NCBI GenBank assembly: GCA_963668675.2
Contig: CAXXMB010000002.1
Span: forward strand, 480,001-544,000
Direction: 5' to 3'
DNA: 64,000 bases
Source of the DNA: an uncultured Desulfatitalea sp.
Lineage (GTDB): Bacteria; Desulfobacterota; Desulfobacteria; Desulfobacterales; Desulfosarcinaceae
Each line of letters starts with the position of its first letter. The first letter of the stretch is position 1. Shown here in pieces: positions 17,595-27,072 of the stretch. The notes under the pieces are model-generated. The model saw only the letters and a program-made list of their open reading frames with translations, was not told the DNA's origin and ran no database searches. The translations under genes were made by a program, and so were the position numbers.

Positions 17595-19877
17595 TTATTT
17601 CAGTTTTTCATCCCTTACGGTCACACCCAGGGCAGCCAGCTCCTGCCGAAGCTTGTCGGCAAGTTTCCAATTGCGCATTTTGCGCGCCTCGACCCGCTGG
17701 CTCAACAGCTGTTGGATGCGGGGATCTTCGCTGCTCATCTCGAAGCTGAAGATGCCGAGAACGGCATCGATGCCCTTGAATGCCGACACGACCGGCGATA
17801 CCTGCGCGGGTGCGAGGGCATGCCTTGCAACGAGGCGATTGAGCTGCTTGACCACCGAAAAGATAGCTGCCAGGGCGGCGGAGATGTTTGCGTCGTCTTC
17901 GATGGCCGAATTGAAACCGTTTTTCAGATCGTAGAGCAGTTGGTCCAGCTCTTTGAACGGTTCGCCCCTGTCAAGCCGCTGGAGGGATGCCACGCATCCG
18001 TCCAGACGCTGAAGAGCCCTGCGCGCATACTGAAGACGTTCCTGTGAGTAGATCACGGGCTTGCTGTAGTGGGTGGAGAGAAGCCAGAAGCGAACTTCAC
18101 GGCCGCTCCACCCCTGGGCCAACAGGTCGCGCACCGCGAGGCCGCCATCCTTCTCATTGACCTTTTTCCCGTCCACCAGCACACGATCACAGTGCAGCCA
18201 GAACCGGGCCAGGGGCTTTTTGTTGAGCGCACCGGCAATGGCGATCTCGTTTTCATGCAAGGGAAAGAGCAGTTCGCGTCCGGCGATGTGGATATCGCAG
18301 GTTTCGCCCAGATACTTCATGGCCAGGGTGGCGCACTGCAGCGGCCAGGAGGGCTGTACGTTGCCCCATGGGGTCTTGGTGTACAATCCTTTTTTCAGTT
18401 CGGAGAGGCGTACCCGTTTGAGCAGGGTAAAGTCACGTGGGTTGTCCTTTTCGTAATCGTCCAGATCGACGGTGGCGCCCAGCCGGATCTTGTTCAGGTC
18501 GATTCCGGAAAGCTGTCCGTAAGTCTCGAACTTTGAGATATCGAAATAGAGGGAACGCAGCTTTTCGTAGGCAAACCCCTTGTTGACCAGTTGCTGCACC
18601 ACCTGGACCATATCATCCGTATGGTCGCTGGAGCGCGGGTAGTGCTCGACCGTTCGAATCCCCAATGCGTCGCGGTCCTGCTCGAAAGCAGCGATATTGC
18701 GATCTGCAAAATCGGCCGGCGCCATGCCCGCTTCATCCGCGCCATGAAAGGTTTTATCGTCCAGGTCGGTAATGTTGGTGACATGCAGCACCGAAAACCC
18801 ACGGTAGGCCAAATAGCGGTCGACAAGATCGGCAAAGACAAACCGGCGGGCCTCACCCACGTGAATCGGGGCATGCGCAGTCGGCCCATTGGTGTACAGG
18901 GTCACCCGGTCACCGCGCAGAGGGGCAAATATCTCGCGTGTGCGCGTGCGGGTATTAAACAAGCTCAGCCCCACCTTCTCCCGCTCGGTGAAAAGGGACG
19001 TCGAAAGGTAGCGCTCACCGCTGTCCGGCAAAATGACAACAATCATACCCGAAGTCATCCCGGATGCCTGACGCACTGCAGCAGCCATGGCCGCACCGCT
19101 GCTCATGCCCACAAAAAGCCCCTCTTCACGGGCCAGGCGGCGGGCCATCTCGAAAGCCTCTTCATCCTCGATGTTGACCTTGATGTCCAGACGATCTTTG
19201 TCGAATATTTCTGGCTGGTAGGACTCTTTTAAGTTCTTGAGCCCTTGGATTTTATGCCCCAGGTAGGGCTCCACTCCCACAATGACGGTGGCGCGATTCA
19301 ACTCCTTCATGCGCCGCGACAATCCCATCAGGGTGCCTGAGGTGCCAAGCGTGGCCACAATAGTGGTCACCTCCCCTCCGGTCTGCTCCCAGATTTCGTT
19401 GGCGGTACCATGGTAATGGGCCTGCCAGTTGGCCTCATTGTTGTACTGATCGGTGATGTAGTACGTTTCGGGAAACTCGCGCGCGAGGCGGTACGCCTCC
19501 TCGATGGCGCCATCGGTACCAAGATGGCCGGGGGTCAGCAGTATCTCCGCCCCGCGTGCCCTTAATATCTTCTGGCGCTCGACGCTGGCGGTCTCCGACA
19601 TGGTGAGCAGCAGCTTGTACCCTTTAAGGGTGCACACCATGGCCAGACCGATACCGGTGTTGCCGCTGGTTGCCTCGACCACGGTCTTGCCGGGCGTCAA
19701 CTCCCCGGAACGCTCGGCCGCCTCGATCATTGAAAGCGCGGCGCGATCCTTGATGGACCCGCCCGGGTTGAGATACTCGAGTTTGGCCAGGATAGGGACC
19801 CGGGGGTTGGGATTGACCCGCCGGATCTCAACCAGCGGTGTGTTGCCGATCAAGTCGAGGATAGATGAAAATTTCAT
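17595..19877 (-). CDS. Cysteine synthase (CysM/CysK-type) fused to a degenerate cysteinyl-tRNA synthetase-like domain
   Basis: N-terminal GNTPLV, SIKDR (PLP Lys) and TSGNTG. C-terminal NITDLDDK, DFTLLK, DIH and HENE, plus anticodon-binding tail ARKMRNWKLADKLR. Confidence 0.9.
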   Translation of the reverse strand: MKFSSILDLIGNTPLVEIRRVNPNPRVPILAKLEYLNPGGSIKDRAALSMIEAAERSGELTPGKTVVEATSGNTGIGLAMVCTLKGYKLLLTMSETASVERQKILRARGAEILLTPGHLGTDGAIEEAYRLAREFPETYYITDQYNNEANWQAHYHGTANEIWEQTGGEVTTIVATLGTSGTLMGLSRRMKELNRATVIVGVEPYLGHKIQGLKNLKESYQPEIFDKDRLDIKVNIEDEEAFEMARRLAREEGLFVGMSSGAAMAAAVRQASGMTSGMIVVILPDSGERYLSTSLFTEREKVGLSLFNTRTRTREIFAPLRGDRVTLYTNGPTAHAPIHVGEARRFVFADLVDRYLAYRGFSVLHVTNITDLDDKTFHGADEAGMAPADFADRNIAAFEQDRDALGIRTVEHYPRSSDHTDDMVQVVQQLVNKGFAYEKLRSLYFDISKFETYGQLSGIDLNKIRLGATVDLDDYEKDNPRDFTLLKRVRLSELKKGLYTKTPWGNVQPSWPLQCATLAMKYLGETCDIHIAGRELLFPLHENEIAIAGALNKKPLARFWLHCDRVLVDGKKVNEKDGGLAVRDLLAQGWSGREVRFWLLSTHYSKPVIYSQERLQYARRALQRLDGCVASLQRLDRGEPFKELDQLLYDLKNGFNSAIEDDANISAALAAIFSVVKQLNRLVARHALAPAQVSPVVSAFKGIDAVLGIFSFEMSSEDPRIQQLLSQRVEARKMRNWKLADKLRQELAALGVTVRDEKLK

Positions 19878-19898
19878 GGCTTCCTGTATGACCTATCT

Positions 19899-19931
19899 AA
19901 CTTTGGCTTAGCCTTGGCTTAACCTTGGCGT
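19899..19931. repeat. Three 11-bp tandem repeats upstream of the CysM-CysRS fusion
   Basis: aactttggctt agccttggctt aaccttggcgt. Confidence 0.6.
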
Positions 19932-19977
19932 ATACCGGCGCGTTCTGAGTGCCTCATGAAGAGATCAGCCCCTGGCA

Positions 19978-20619
19978 TCACTTTTTTTGGGGCAGAACCG
20001 TTGCCAACACCCCTTCGATGCTGTGGGCGACCGCCTGCGGGCTTTGATCGGCAGCGATAATCCGGAATCGATCGGGCGCCAGCCGGGCCATATCCAGGTA
20101 TCCGTCTCGTACGGCCTGGTGGAAATCGAGCTTCTCCTGTTCGAAGCGGGTCTCCTTTTGAGTGCGTCCGCCACGGTTGATCTGCCGCCACGCCCGCTCC
20201 AGCCCCAGATGCGGCTCGAGGTCGAACAGCAGGGTCAGATCGGGCTGCAGGCCACCGCACGCCAGCTGGTGCAGCGATCGAATCATCTCCTTGTCCAGCC
20301 CCCTGGCGTATCCCTGATATACCATCGTGGCATCGAAGTAGCGGTCGCAGATCACCACGCGGCCGGCTGCCAGGTGAGGTTGAATAACGTTGCGAATATG
20401 CTGCACCCGATCAGCGGTATAAAGCAGCAGTTCTACTGTCGGATCCATATCGCTGTTGCGGGGATCGAGTAAAACCCCTCTGATCTGGGCGCCGATTTCA
20501 GTCCCGCCCGGCTCCCGCGAAGTGACGCACTCATAGCCCCTGGCCTTCAAAAATGCAACGATGTTCTCTATCTGGGTACTCTTGCCCGAGCCCTCAATCC
20601 CTTCAAGGGTAATGAACAT
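19978..20619 (-). CDS. tmk: Thymidylate kinase
   Basis: FITLEGIEGSGKST, REPGG, CDRY and YQG motifs. Confidence 0.97.
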   Translation of the reverse strand: MFITLEGIEGSGKSTQIENIVAFLKARGYECVTSREPGGTEIGAQIRGVLLDPRNSDMDPTVELLLYTADRVQHIRNVIQPHLAAGRVVICDRYFDATMVYQGYARGLDKEMIRSLHQLACGGLQPDLTLLFDLEPHLGLERAWRQINRGGRTQKETRFEQEKLDFHQAVRDGYLDMARLAPDRFRIIAADQSPQAVAHSIEGVLATVLPQKK

Positions 20620-20651
20620 GTTTATCCCTGTAACTTACTAATAAGATAAGT

Positions 20652-21611
20652 TTATTCGGAATTATTTCCAATATAGAACTGTCGCTCCAGCAGTCGATGG
20701 TAGGAGGTCCATGTCTCCCCCGGGGCTTCGGCGGCCATCAACTCCCGGATGGCATTGACACGCGAATCTATCTCGTCGACATAGTTGAGCAGCACCGCCT
20801 CGATGGTTTTCGGCGGCTCCGGGGAGCCGAAATCACGGGTACCATGATGGCTAACGATCATATGTTTTACCATGGCGGCCAGTTCGGAGGGAAACCCGTT
20901 GATGGCCCGGATCTTCTCCTCCACCATCTGAACGCCGATGACGATGTGGCTGAGGAGGCGCCCCTCGTCGGTATAATCGATGCGGTGGCTGTAAGACAAC
21001 TCGCGCACCTTGCCCACATCGTGCAGCACCGCACCGACCACCAGCAGGTCCCGGTCGACACCGCCGTAATGACCGGCCACCTTGTCGGCCAGCAGAGCCA
21101 TGGAGAGCGTGTGCTCGAGCAGCCCCCCGACATAGGCATGGTGCATCATCTTGGCGGCCGGTGCCCGTTTGAACATCTCGACAAAAGCGCTGTCGTTCCA
21201 GAAGGTGTCCATCAGCGACTTGAGTTGAGGGGATTGAATGGTATCGGTCAGGGTGTTGAGACGGGCAAACATCCGCTCCACATCCCTCTTGGTGGACGGC
21301 AGGAAATCGGCCGGAGACACCTCTTCAACCGGCACGGCCTGGATCGACTTTACGACCAGCTGCAGTGATCCGCGGTACTCGCTCGCCGCGGCTTTAACAA
21401 GAACGTAATCCTCGGCCACCGCCGCCGATGCAGCATTGTCCACATCGTCCCAGACAACCCCTCGTATGCGTCCGCTTTTATCGGTCAGGGTAATTGTCAA
21501 GAAGGGATTGCCATCCCTTTTGTGGGCCATGTTTTTTTCAGCCAGAACGAATATATCCTGAAACGTCTCCCCGGCAACGATATCGGCGATGTATCTCTTT
21601 TTTTCACTCAT
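20652..21611 (-). CDS. yhaM: YhaM-like 3'-5' exoribonuclease (OB fold + HD domain)
   Basis: LTDKSG OB fold, PAAKMMHHAYVGGLLEH, LHDVGK and SHHG; start placed at the MSEKK ATG. Confidence 0.88.
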   Translation of the reverse strand: MSEKKRYIADIVAGETFQDIFVLAEKNMAHKRDGNPFLTITLTDKSGRIRGVVWDDVDNAASAAVAEDYVLVKAAASEYRGSLQLVVKSIQAVPVEEVSPADFLPSTKRDVERMFARLNTLTDTIQSPQLKSLMDTFWNDSAFVEMFKRAPAAKMMHHAYVGGLLEHTLSMALLADKVAGHYGGVDRDLLVVGAVLHDVGKVRELSYSHRIDYTDEGRLLSHIVIGVQMVEEKIRAINGFPSELAAMVKHMIVSHHGTRDFGSPEPPKTIEAVLLNYVDEIDSRVNAIRELMAAEAPGETWTSYHRLLERQFYIGNNSE

Positions 21612-22326
21612 CGCCATCACCTGTGATGCACTTTTCAACATCGAGGATGGTGCTTCCGCCAACATAATTGCGTGTTTTTACACTGGTGATATCTGCTAAT
21701 TTCCTTGTCATTTCTCCCATTTGCTCCACACGCAACCGGATGGCGTCCAGGTGATCGAAAAGCGCTTTGCCGGGCTCGATGTCCATCATTAAAAGCTGTA
21801 TGGTGCCCAGCACATACTGCAGCGGCTGATTGAGTTCATGGCACACCCCACCTGCCGTCTCCAGAACGCCTTTGAGCTTCTCCTCCTCGGCCAGTTCCCG
21901 CGCCATGCGCCGTTGCATGATCGCCGTCTGGACCCTCGCCAGCAACTCAACACGGCTGACCGGCTTGCGAACATAATCGCTGCCGCCTGCGGCGAACGCG
22001 GCTTCCAAGGTCTCATCGTCGGTGTTTCCGGTAACGAAGATGACCGGCACATGGCGGCAAACCGCATTGGTTTTCAGCGTCTGGCAAGTTTCGATGCCGT
22101 CCATGCGGGGCATGCTGACATCCATGATGATCAGATCGGGCAGGAGAGATATGGCACAATCGAGGCACTCCCGACCGTTGGAAGCCGTTTCGACACGGTA
22201 GCCGGTCTGACCGAGCATGTTCTTCAGGAACTCCTTGCTGATAGGGTCGTCCTCGGCCACCAGAATCATTGGCGGGGGGTCCTGTCGCAGTTGAAGATAT
22301 GGCTCGCTCAATAGTGGCTTCTCCAT
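21604..22326 (-). CDS. Response regulator REC fused to a HisKA-like helix pair (no HATPase domain)
   Basis: AEDD, MDVSMPRMDG and RKP, then CHELNQPLQ; the protein ends without N/G boxes. Confidence 0.85.
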   Translation of the reverse strand: MEKPLLSEPYLQLRQDPPPMILVAEDDPISKEFLKNMLGQTGYRVETASNGRECLDCAISLLPDLIIMDVSMPRMDGIETCQTLKTNAVCRHVPVIFVTGNTDDETLEAAFAAGGSDYVRKPVSRVELLARVQTAIMQRRMARELAEEEKLKGVLETAGGVCHELNQPLQYVLGTIQLLMMDIEPGKALFDHLDAIRLRVEQMGEMTRKLADITSVKTRNYVGGSTILDVEKCITGDGDE

Positions 22327-22395
22327 GTGCGCCTCCAGTCTCTTAGATGCCCTTGTAACTTACCCGGAAGAGGGGTTGCCAGTGCCCGGCTATCG

Positions 22396-23175
22396 CTATC
22401 TGCCCAGGTCCCATTGTCTCATCTCTTCCAGCAGGTCGTAATCGGTCATATCGCAACGGACCGGCGTTATTGCGATATAGCCTTTGTTGAGCAATGCGCC
22501 ATCCGTATCCGAATGGGCGTAGTTCGGCTGCGAGTCATACCCATGCCAATAGTACCGTCGGTTGCGCGGGTCGCGTCGCTTCTCGAAATATTCATCATAC
22601 AGATCGCAACCCTGTCGGCTCAAACGCACGCCGGCCATTTGATCCAGATGTAAATTGGGTAGGTTCACATTTAAAAAGACCCCTTTAGGGAGTCCCTTGG
22701 ACCGCACCGTGGGGATCAGCTGCGCAACGAACCGTGCGGCTTCATTATACAGAGGGGATTCAGCGCCCTGAATCGATACCGCTATGGCCGCCACCCCGTA
22801 AAGGGAGGCCTCTTTGGCGGCCGCCACCGTCCCTGAATAGTTGAGGTTGATACCGACGTTGACCCCCGGATTGATGCCGGAGACGACCAGATCGGGCAAC
22901 GGGTCAAAGAGCTCGATCATGGCCAGCTTGATGCAATCGACCGGCGTACCGGTGACGGCCCACCCCTCGAATCCTCCGTTGACCTCTACCTTACAGGCCC
23001 GCAACGGTTTATGCAACGTGATGGCGTGGCTGACGGCACTTCTTTCCCGCTCTGGCGCAACCACCACCACCTGATGGTGGGGGGCCAGGGCACGGTAAAG
23101 CGCCCGCAGTCCAGGCGCCTGAATACCGTCGTCATTGGTCAATAATATGGTCAGGCCGGTTTCGGTTGCCGTCAT
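22396..23175 (-). CDS. surE: 5'/3'-nucleotidase SurE
   Basis: LTNDDGI, SGINPG and YSGTVAAA motifs. Confidence 0.96.
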   Translation of the reverse strand: MTATETGLTILLTNDDGIQAPGLRALYRALAPHHQVVVVAPERERSAVSHAITLHKPLRACKVEVNGGFEGWAVTGTPVDCIKLAMIELFDPLPDLVVSGINPGVNVGINLNYSGTVAAAKEASLYGVAAIAVSIQGAESPLYNEAARFVAQLIPTVRSKGLPKGVFLNVNLPNLHLDQMAGVRLSRQGCDLYDEYFEKRRDPRNRRYYWHGYDSQPNYAHSDTDGALLNKGYIAITPVRCDMTDYDLLEEMRQWDLGR

Positions 23176-23399
23176 CTTCTCAATGCACCTGTTTCCAATA
23201 AACGGTTTTTGAATTGATTTTTAAGTATTTCTCGCTCTATATTGAAAATTTTGAACAGAGGCAAGGAGATTCCAACCGGTTCCAATCGCCCCAGATTTGA
23301 GTAATTCAGGCATGCCGGACTCAGGTAATTTCGGAATTCAACTTACAAACCACCCGGCCGCTTCGTGATTGTCGGGTAAGCGACCCCATCTCGTATTCG

Positions 23400-25715
23400 A
23401 TGAGTTTGACATTCAGCATGCAGCCGTGGAAGGCGCAAAAACTCGCCCCTCTCTTCCCGATGGCCAGGCTGGCCATCCTGATGGCCACAGTTCTGATCCT
23501 TCTCATCGGTGCGCCCGTCGCCCTTGCGGCCGCCGAGGATGATCAATCCACCCCCAAGGACGAGAGTTGGCACATCAGCGCCGATAGCATTCAATACGAT
23601 CAGGCCGCTGACGAATATATGGCCAGTGGCAATGTAAGCGTGTCACGGGAGGGTCGCACCCTGACGGCCGACATGGTGCGCCTCAACCAGAAGAGCCGCC
23701 AGGCCTGGGCCGAAGGCAATGTGCGCCTCCTGTCGGGCAAGGATTTGATTACCGGTCACAAAATGGAGTTGAACCTGGATACGGAGACCGGCTCGATATC
23801 AGAGGGCACGCTCTTCTTTTCCGAAAACCATCTCTACGTATCAGGCCGTGAGGTCAGCAAGACCGGCCCCGCGACCTACCATATCCTCGATGCCGACGCG
23901 ACCACCTGCGATGGCGACCGTCCGGATTGGCATATTACCGCCAAAGACCTGGAAGTGACCATCGAAGGATACGGCTTCGCCAAACACACCGCCTTCTGGG
24001 CTCGGCGGATGCCCCTGCTCTATAGCCCCTATTTCATCTTCCCGGTCAAACTCAAACGCCAGTCGGGGCTGCTGGCCCCTGAATTCGGAATTTCGGACCG
24101 CAAGGGCGCGGCCTATCTGCAACCCCTCTTCTGGGCCATCAACGACAGCATGGACGCCACCGTCTTCGCCCACTACATGGCCAAACGCGGGACACGCCTG
24201 GGAGGGGAGTTCCGCTACGTTGCCAGTGAACGCGCCCGGGGCGCTTTTATGGGCGACGGATTTGAGGACCGGAAAGTGGATGACGGCCAGGGGGACAACA
24301 GCGACCGATGGGGCTACACCGATGACGCCTATTTGAGGCCAAATTCGGACCGCTACTGGTTTCGCGGCAAAATCGATCAGAACCTGCCTTTGGGCGCGAC
24401 GGCCAAACTCGATCTGGATCTGGTCAGCGACCAGGACTATCTGAAGGAGTTCAAAGACGGGGTCAACGGATTTGACGAAACACGAGGCTATTTCATAGAG
24501 CAGTTCAGCCGCGACATCGATGATTACAACGATCCCGTCCGGCGCAACCAGCTCAACATCAACCGCATGTGGCGCGGCTACACCCTCAATATGGATGCGC
24601 GCTGGTATGACGATGTGATCAAACGCCGCCAGGATGACACCAAGGATACGCTGCAAAACCTGCCCCAGATCTCTCTGGACGGCACCAAGAAAAGGCTTGC
24701 CGGTCTGCCGCTCTACTTCGACCTGCTCTCCAGCTACACCCACTTTTTCCGGGAGGAGGGAACCAGGGGCCACCGGGCCGACCTCTATCCCCGCCTCTAC
24801 TACCCCATGCGCCTCCTTGGCGCCGTCAATGTCGAACCGTCAGCCGGTCTGCGCCAGACCGTCTGGCACATCGACACCTACGAGACGCCGCCCGAGGACG
24901 GCGACAAGGATTTCTACCGGGCGATATACGATCTCAAACTGGACACCAGCGCCGATGCCTATCGCGTTTTCAAAACAGATATAGCCGGTTGCGACAGCAT
25001 CAAGCACGGCATCACGCCTCGAATTGTCTATGAGTACACCCCACGGAAAGATCAAGAGAGCTACCCTGAATTCGATTCGCTGGATCGAATCGATGCCAGC
25101 AATCTGATCACCTACTCGCTGACCAACACCCTGGTCGCCCGCAGGCCCCGAACAGGGTCTGACGACAGCGAGGGCCCCGGAAACAGCTATATCCCTTTTC
25201 TCAGGCTCAAACTGGAAGAGAGCTTCGATATCGACAAGCACAAGGACGACTTGCCGAGGCCCTTCTCCGACATCCTGGCTGAACTGGACATCACTCCGGG
25301 CCGCTATCTCTCACTGGATTCAGACGCCCTCTGGCGCCCTTATGACAGCCGGTTCTACGGCTTCAATGCCGCCTTGAACCTGTGGAGCCTCCGTGGCGAC
25401 CGCCTCCGCGCCGAATACCGTTTCACACGCGAAGAACCCGAGGACACCGTTTTAGATACACCTGCCGTGACAGGGGTTCAAAGCATCGACCTGACCGGTT
25501 CATTCGTGGTGACACCCAGTTGGCTGTTGAGAGGAAAATATGAACACAACATCGAAGAGAACCAACTGATCGAGATCGGCGGCGGTATCTCCTACCGTTC
25601 CCAATGCTGGGGAGTGGACCTGGACTACACTGTGGAGGAGGAGACGGATGGGAAAAATCGCAGCATCTCTTTCATGGTGCATCTGACCGGTCTGGGAAGC
25701 TTCGGCTCCAATTAG
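23400..25715 (+). CDS. lptD: LPS assembly protein LptD
   Basis: Signal peptide, beta-jellyroll, TTCD..PDW, RQSGLL.P, YRSQCW and C-terminal LTGLG. Confidence 0.92.
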   Translation: MSLTFSMQPWKAQKLAPLFPMARLAILMATVLILLIGAPVALAAAEDDQSTPKDESWHISADSIQYDQAADEYMASGNVSVSREGRTLTADMVRLNQKSRQAWAEGNVRLLSGKDLITGHKMELNLDTETGSISEGTLFFSENHLYVSGREVSKTGPATYHILDADATTCDGDRPDWHITAKDLEVTIEGYGFAKHTAFWARRMPLLYSPYFIFPVKLKRQSGLLAPEFGISDRKGAAYLQPLFWAINDSMDATVFAHYMAKRGTRLGGEFRYVASERARGAFMGDGFEDRKVDDGQGDNSDRWGYTDDAYLRPNSDRYWFRGKIDQNLPLGATAKLDLDLVSDQDYLKEFKDGVNGFDETRGYFIEQFSRDIDDYNDPVRRNQLNINRMWRGYTLNMDARWYDDVIKRRQDDTKDTLQNLPQISLDGTKKRLAGLPLYFDLLSSYTHFFREEGTRGHRADLYPRLYYPMRLLGAVNVEPSAGLRQTVWHIDTYETPPEDGDKDFYRAIYDLKLDTSADAYRVFKTDIAGCDSIKHGITPRIVYEYTPRKDQESYPEFDSLDRIDASNLITYSLTNTLVARRPRTGSDDSEGPGNSYIPFLRLKLEESFDIDKHKDDLPRPFSDILAELDITPGRYLSLDSDALWRPYDSRFYGFNAALNLWSLRGDRLRAEYRFTREEPEDTVLDTPAVTGVQSIDLTGSFVVTPSWLLRGKYEHNIEENQLIEIGGGISYRSQCWGVDLDYTVEEETDGKNRSISFMVHLTGLGSFGSN

Positions 25716-25838
25716 TCCTGAATTTGTGAAAGCCGGAGGACTCCAAATCCAGCGTTGGCAAGGGATCACAGTAGTCGACTACGGCGTCACCCTTGCCGCC
25801 TTGACTCTGAAGCCCTCCGGCTTTCACAAATTCAGGAC
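25715..25838. repeat. 124-bp nested palindromic element (MITE-like)
   Basis: 25-bp perfect inverted repeat gtcctgaatttgtgaaagccggagg / cctccggctttcacaaattcaggac; inner ggcaaggg/cccttgcc; central palindrome gtagtcgactac. Confidence 0.8.
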
Positions 25839-26007
25839 CAAACTGACAAGACGAGAGTTCAAATCGGCTCAAAGCTGATCAGTCTTGCAAAAACGATTGA
25901 CATTCAACGCATTTTTCGCTCTATGGAGGGCGACCTGACGGTGGCGTGGATCGATCGAACGGTTCTGCTCCATCTATCCCAACACAATAAAAAGACATCT
26001 GCCCAAT

Positions 26008-26535
26008 ATGCCTGCTGATAAACTCATACCCGCTTGGTATGTATTGCATACCAAGAGCCGTTTTGAAAATGTGGTCAACGAGGGGCTACAGAAGAAGACG
26101 ATCGAGGTGTTCTTGCCCAAGATCACAGTGCCCAGCCGACGCAAAGACCGTAAAAAAATGATCCGGGTGCCGCTCTTTCCCGGCTATGTTTTCGTCAACA
26201 GCAACCTTCACCCCAACCACCACCTCGATATTCTCAAAACGGTCGGCGCCGTCAAGCTCATTGGCGATAAATCAGGTCCCATCTCCGTGCCTGACGAGAC
26301 CATCGAATCCCTGCGCATTATGGTGGCGACCGAAGGGGACATCACCACCGGTTACAGTTTCTCGCAGGGTGACCGGGTGCTCGTTGTCAACGGCCCCTTT
26401 GCCGGCGTTGTTGGTATCTTCGATCATTTCAAGGGGATGGACAGAATCGTGGTGTTTATCGAAGCCCTGGGACAATTCGCCTCGGTTGAAGTGGATGTCG
26501 CTGATGTGGAGCCCGTTCCCGATGTTTTGAAATAG
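26008..26535 (+). CDS. NusG paralogue (UpxY/LoaP/RfaH-like antiterminator)
   Basis: WYVLHTKSRFE, PLFPGYVFV and KOW motif GDRVLVVNGPFAG. Confidence 0.9.
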   Translation: MPADKLIPAWYVLHTKSRFENVVNEGLQKKTIEVFLPKITVPSRRKDRKKMIRVPLFPGYVFVNSNLHPNHHLDILKTVGAVKLIGDKSGPISVPDETIESLRIMVATEGDITTGYSFSQGDRVLVVNGPFAGVVGIFDHFKGMDRIVVFIEALGQFASVEVDVADVEPVPDVLK

Positions 26536-26650
26536 AGCGTCCCTGTCAACCGGCGCGCGGCTCGATGCATCGAAATTGCATTTCCGGTTCCCTATAATCT
26601 CCCCCCTGGGTTCGACTGCGGCCGAGACGGCCTTTTGATACCATAACTAC

Positions 26651-26680
26651 TTGACTTCTTGTAAAGTTCTGTTTTATAGT
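26651..26680 (+). promoter_or_regulatory. Sigma-70-type promoter of the HU/IHF gene
   Basis: TTGACT-N18-TATAGT. Confidence 0.45.
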
Positions 26681-26713
26681 CAGTTCGTACTGCAAAAAGC
26701 GGAAGGAGGCCCC

Positions 26714-26989
26714 ATGAATAAATTAGAGCTTATCTCTGCGCTGAAAAATGAGATCGGGATATCTAAGACGGAAGCCGCAAAAGTGGTTCAAATCTTCTTC
26801 GACAGCATGACCGATGCCATGGCTCAGGGGAAAAGGGTTGAAATCCGGGGATTGTGCAGCTTTTACGTAAAGAATTACAAAAGCTACGTCGGCAGGAACC
26901 CCAAAACCGGCGAGAAGGTGACCATCCAGCCCAAAAAACTCCCGTTCTTCAAATCCGGGAAAGAGCTGAAAGATCGGGTAGATGCTTAA
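26714..26989 (+). CDS. HU/IHF-family DNA-binding protein (IHF beta-like)
   Basis: MNKLELI, RVEIRG, GRNPKTG and FKSGKELK; GGAGG RBS before ATG 26714. Confidence 0.93.
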   Translation: MNKLELISALKNEIGISKTEAAKVVQIFFDSMTDAMAQGKRVEIRGLCSFYVKNYKSYVGRNPKTGEKVTIQPKKLPFFKSGKELKDRVDA

Positions 26990-27072
26990 CCCGGCGGATG
27001 GTGTGGGTCCACATCTGACGTTCAAGAACCCTTCCAGCGGGCGCCGATGAATGGTGCCGGATAACGTCCCCA

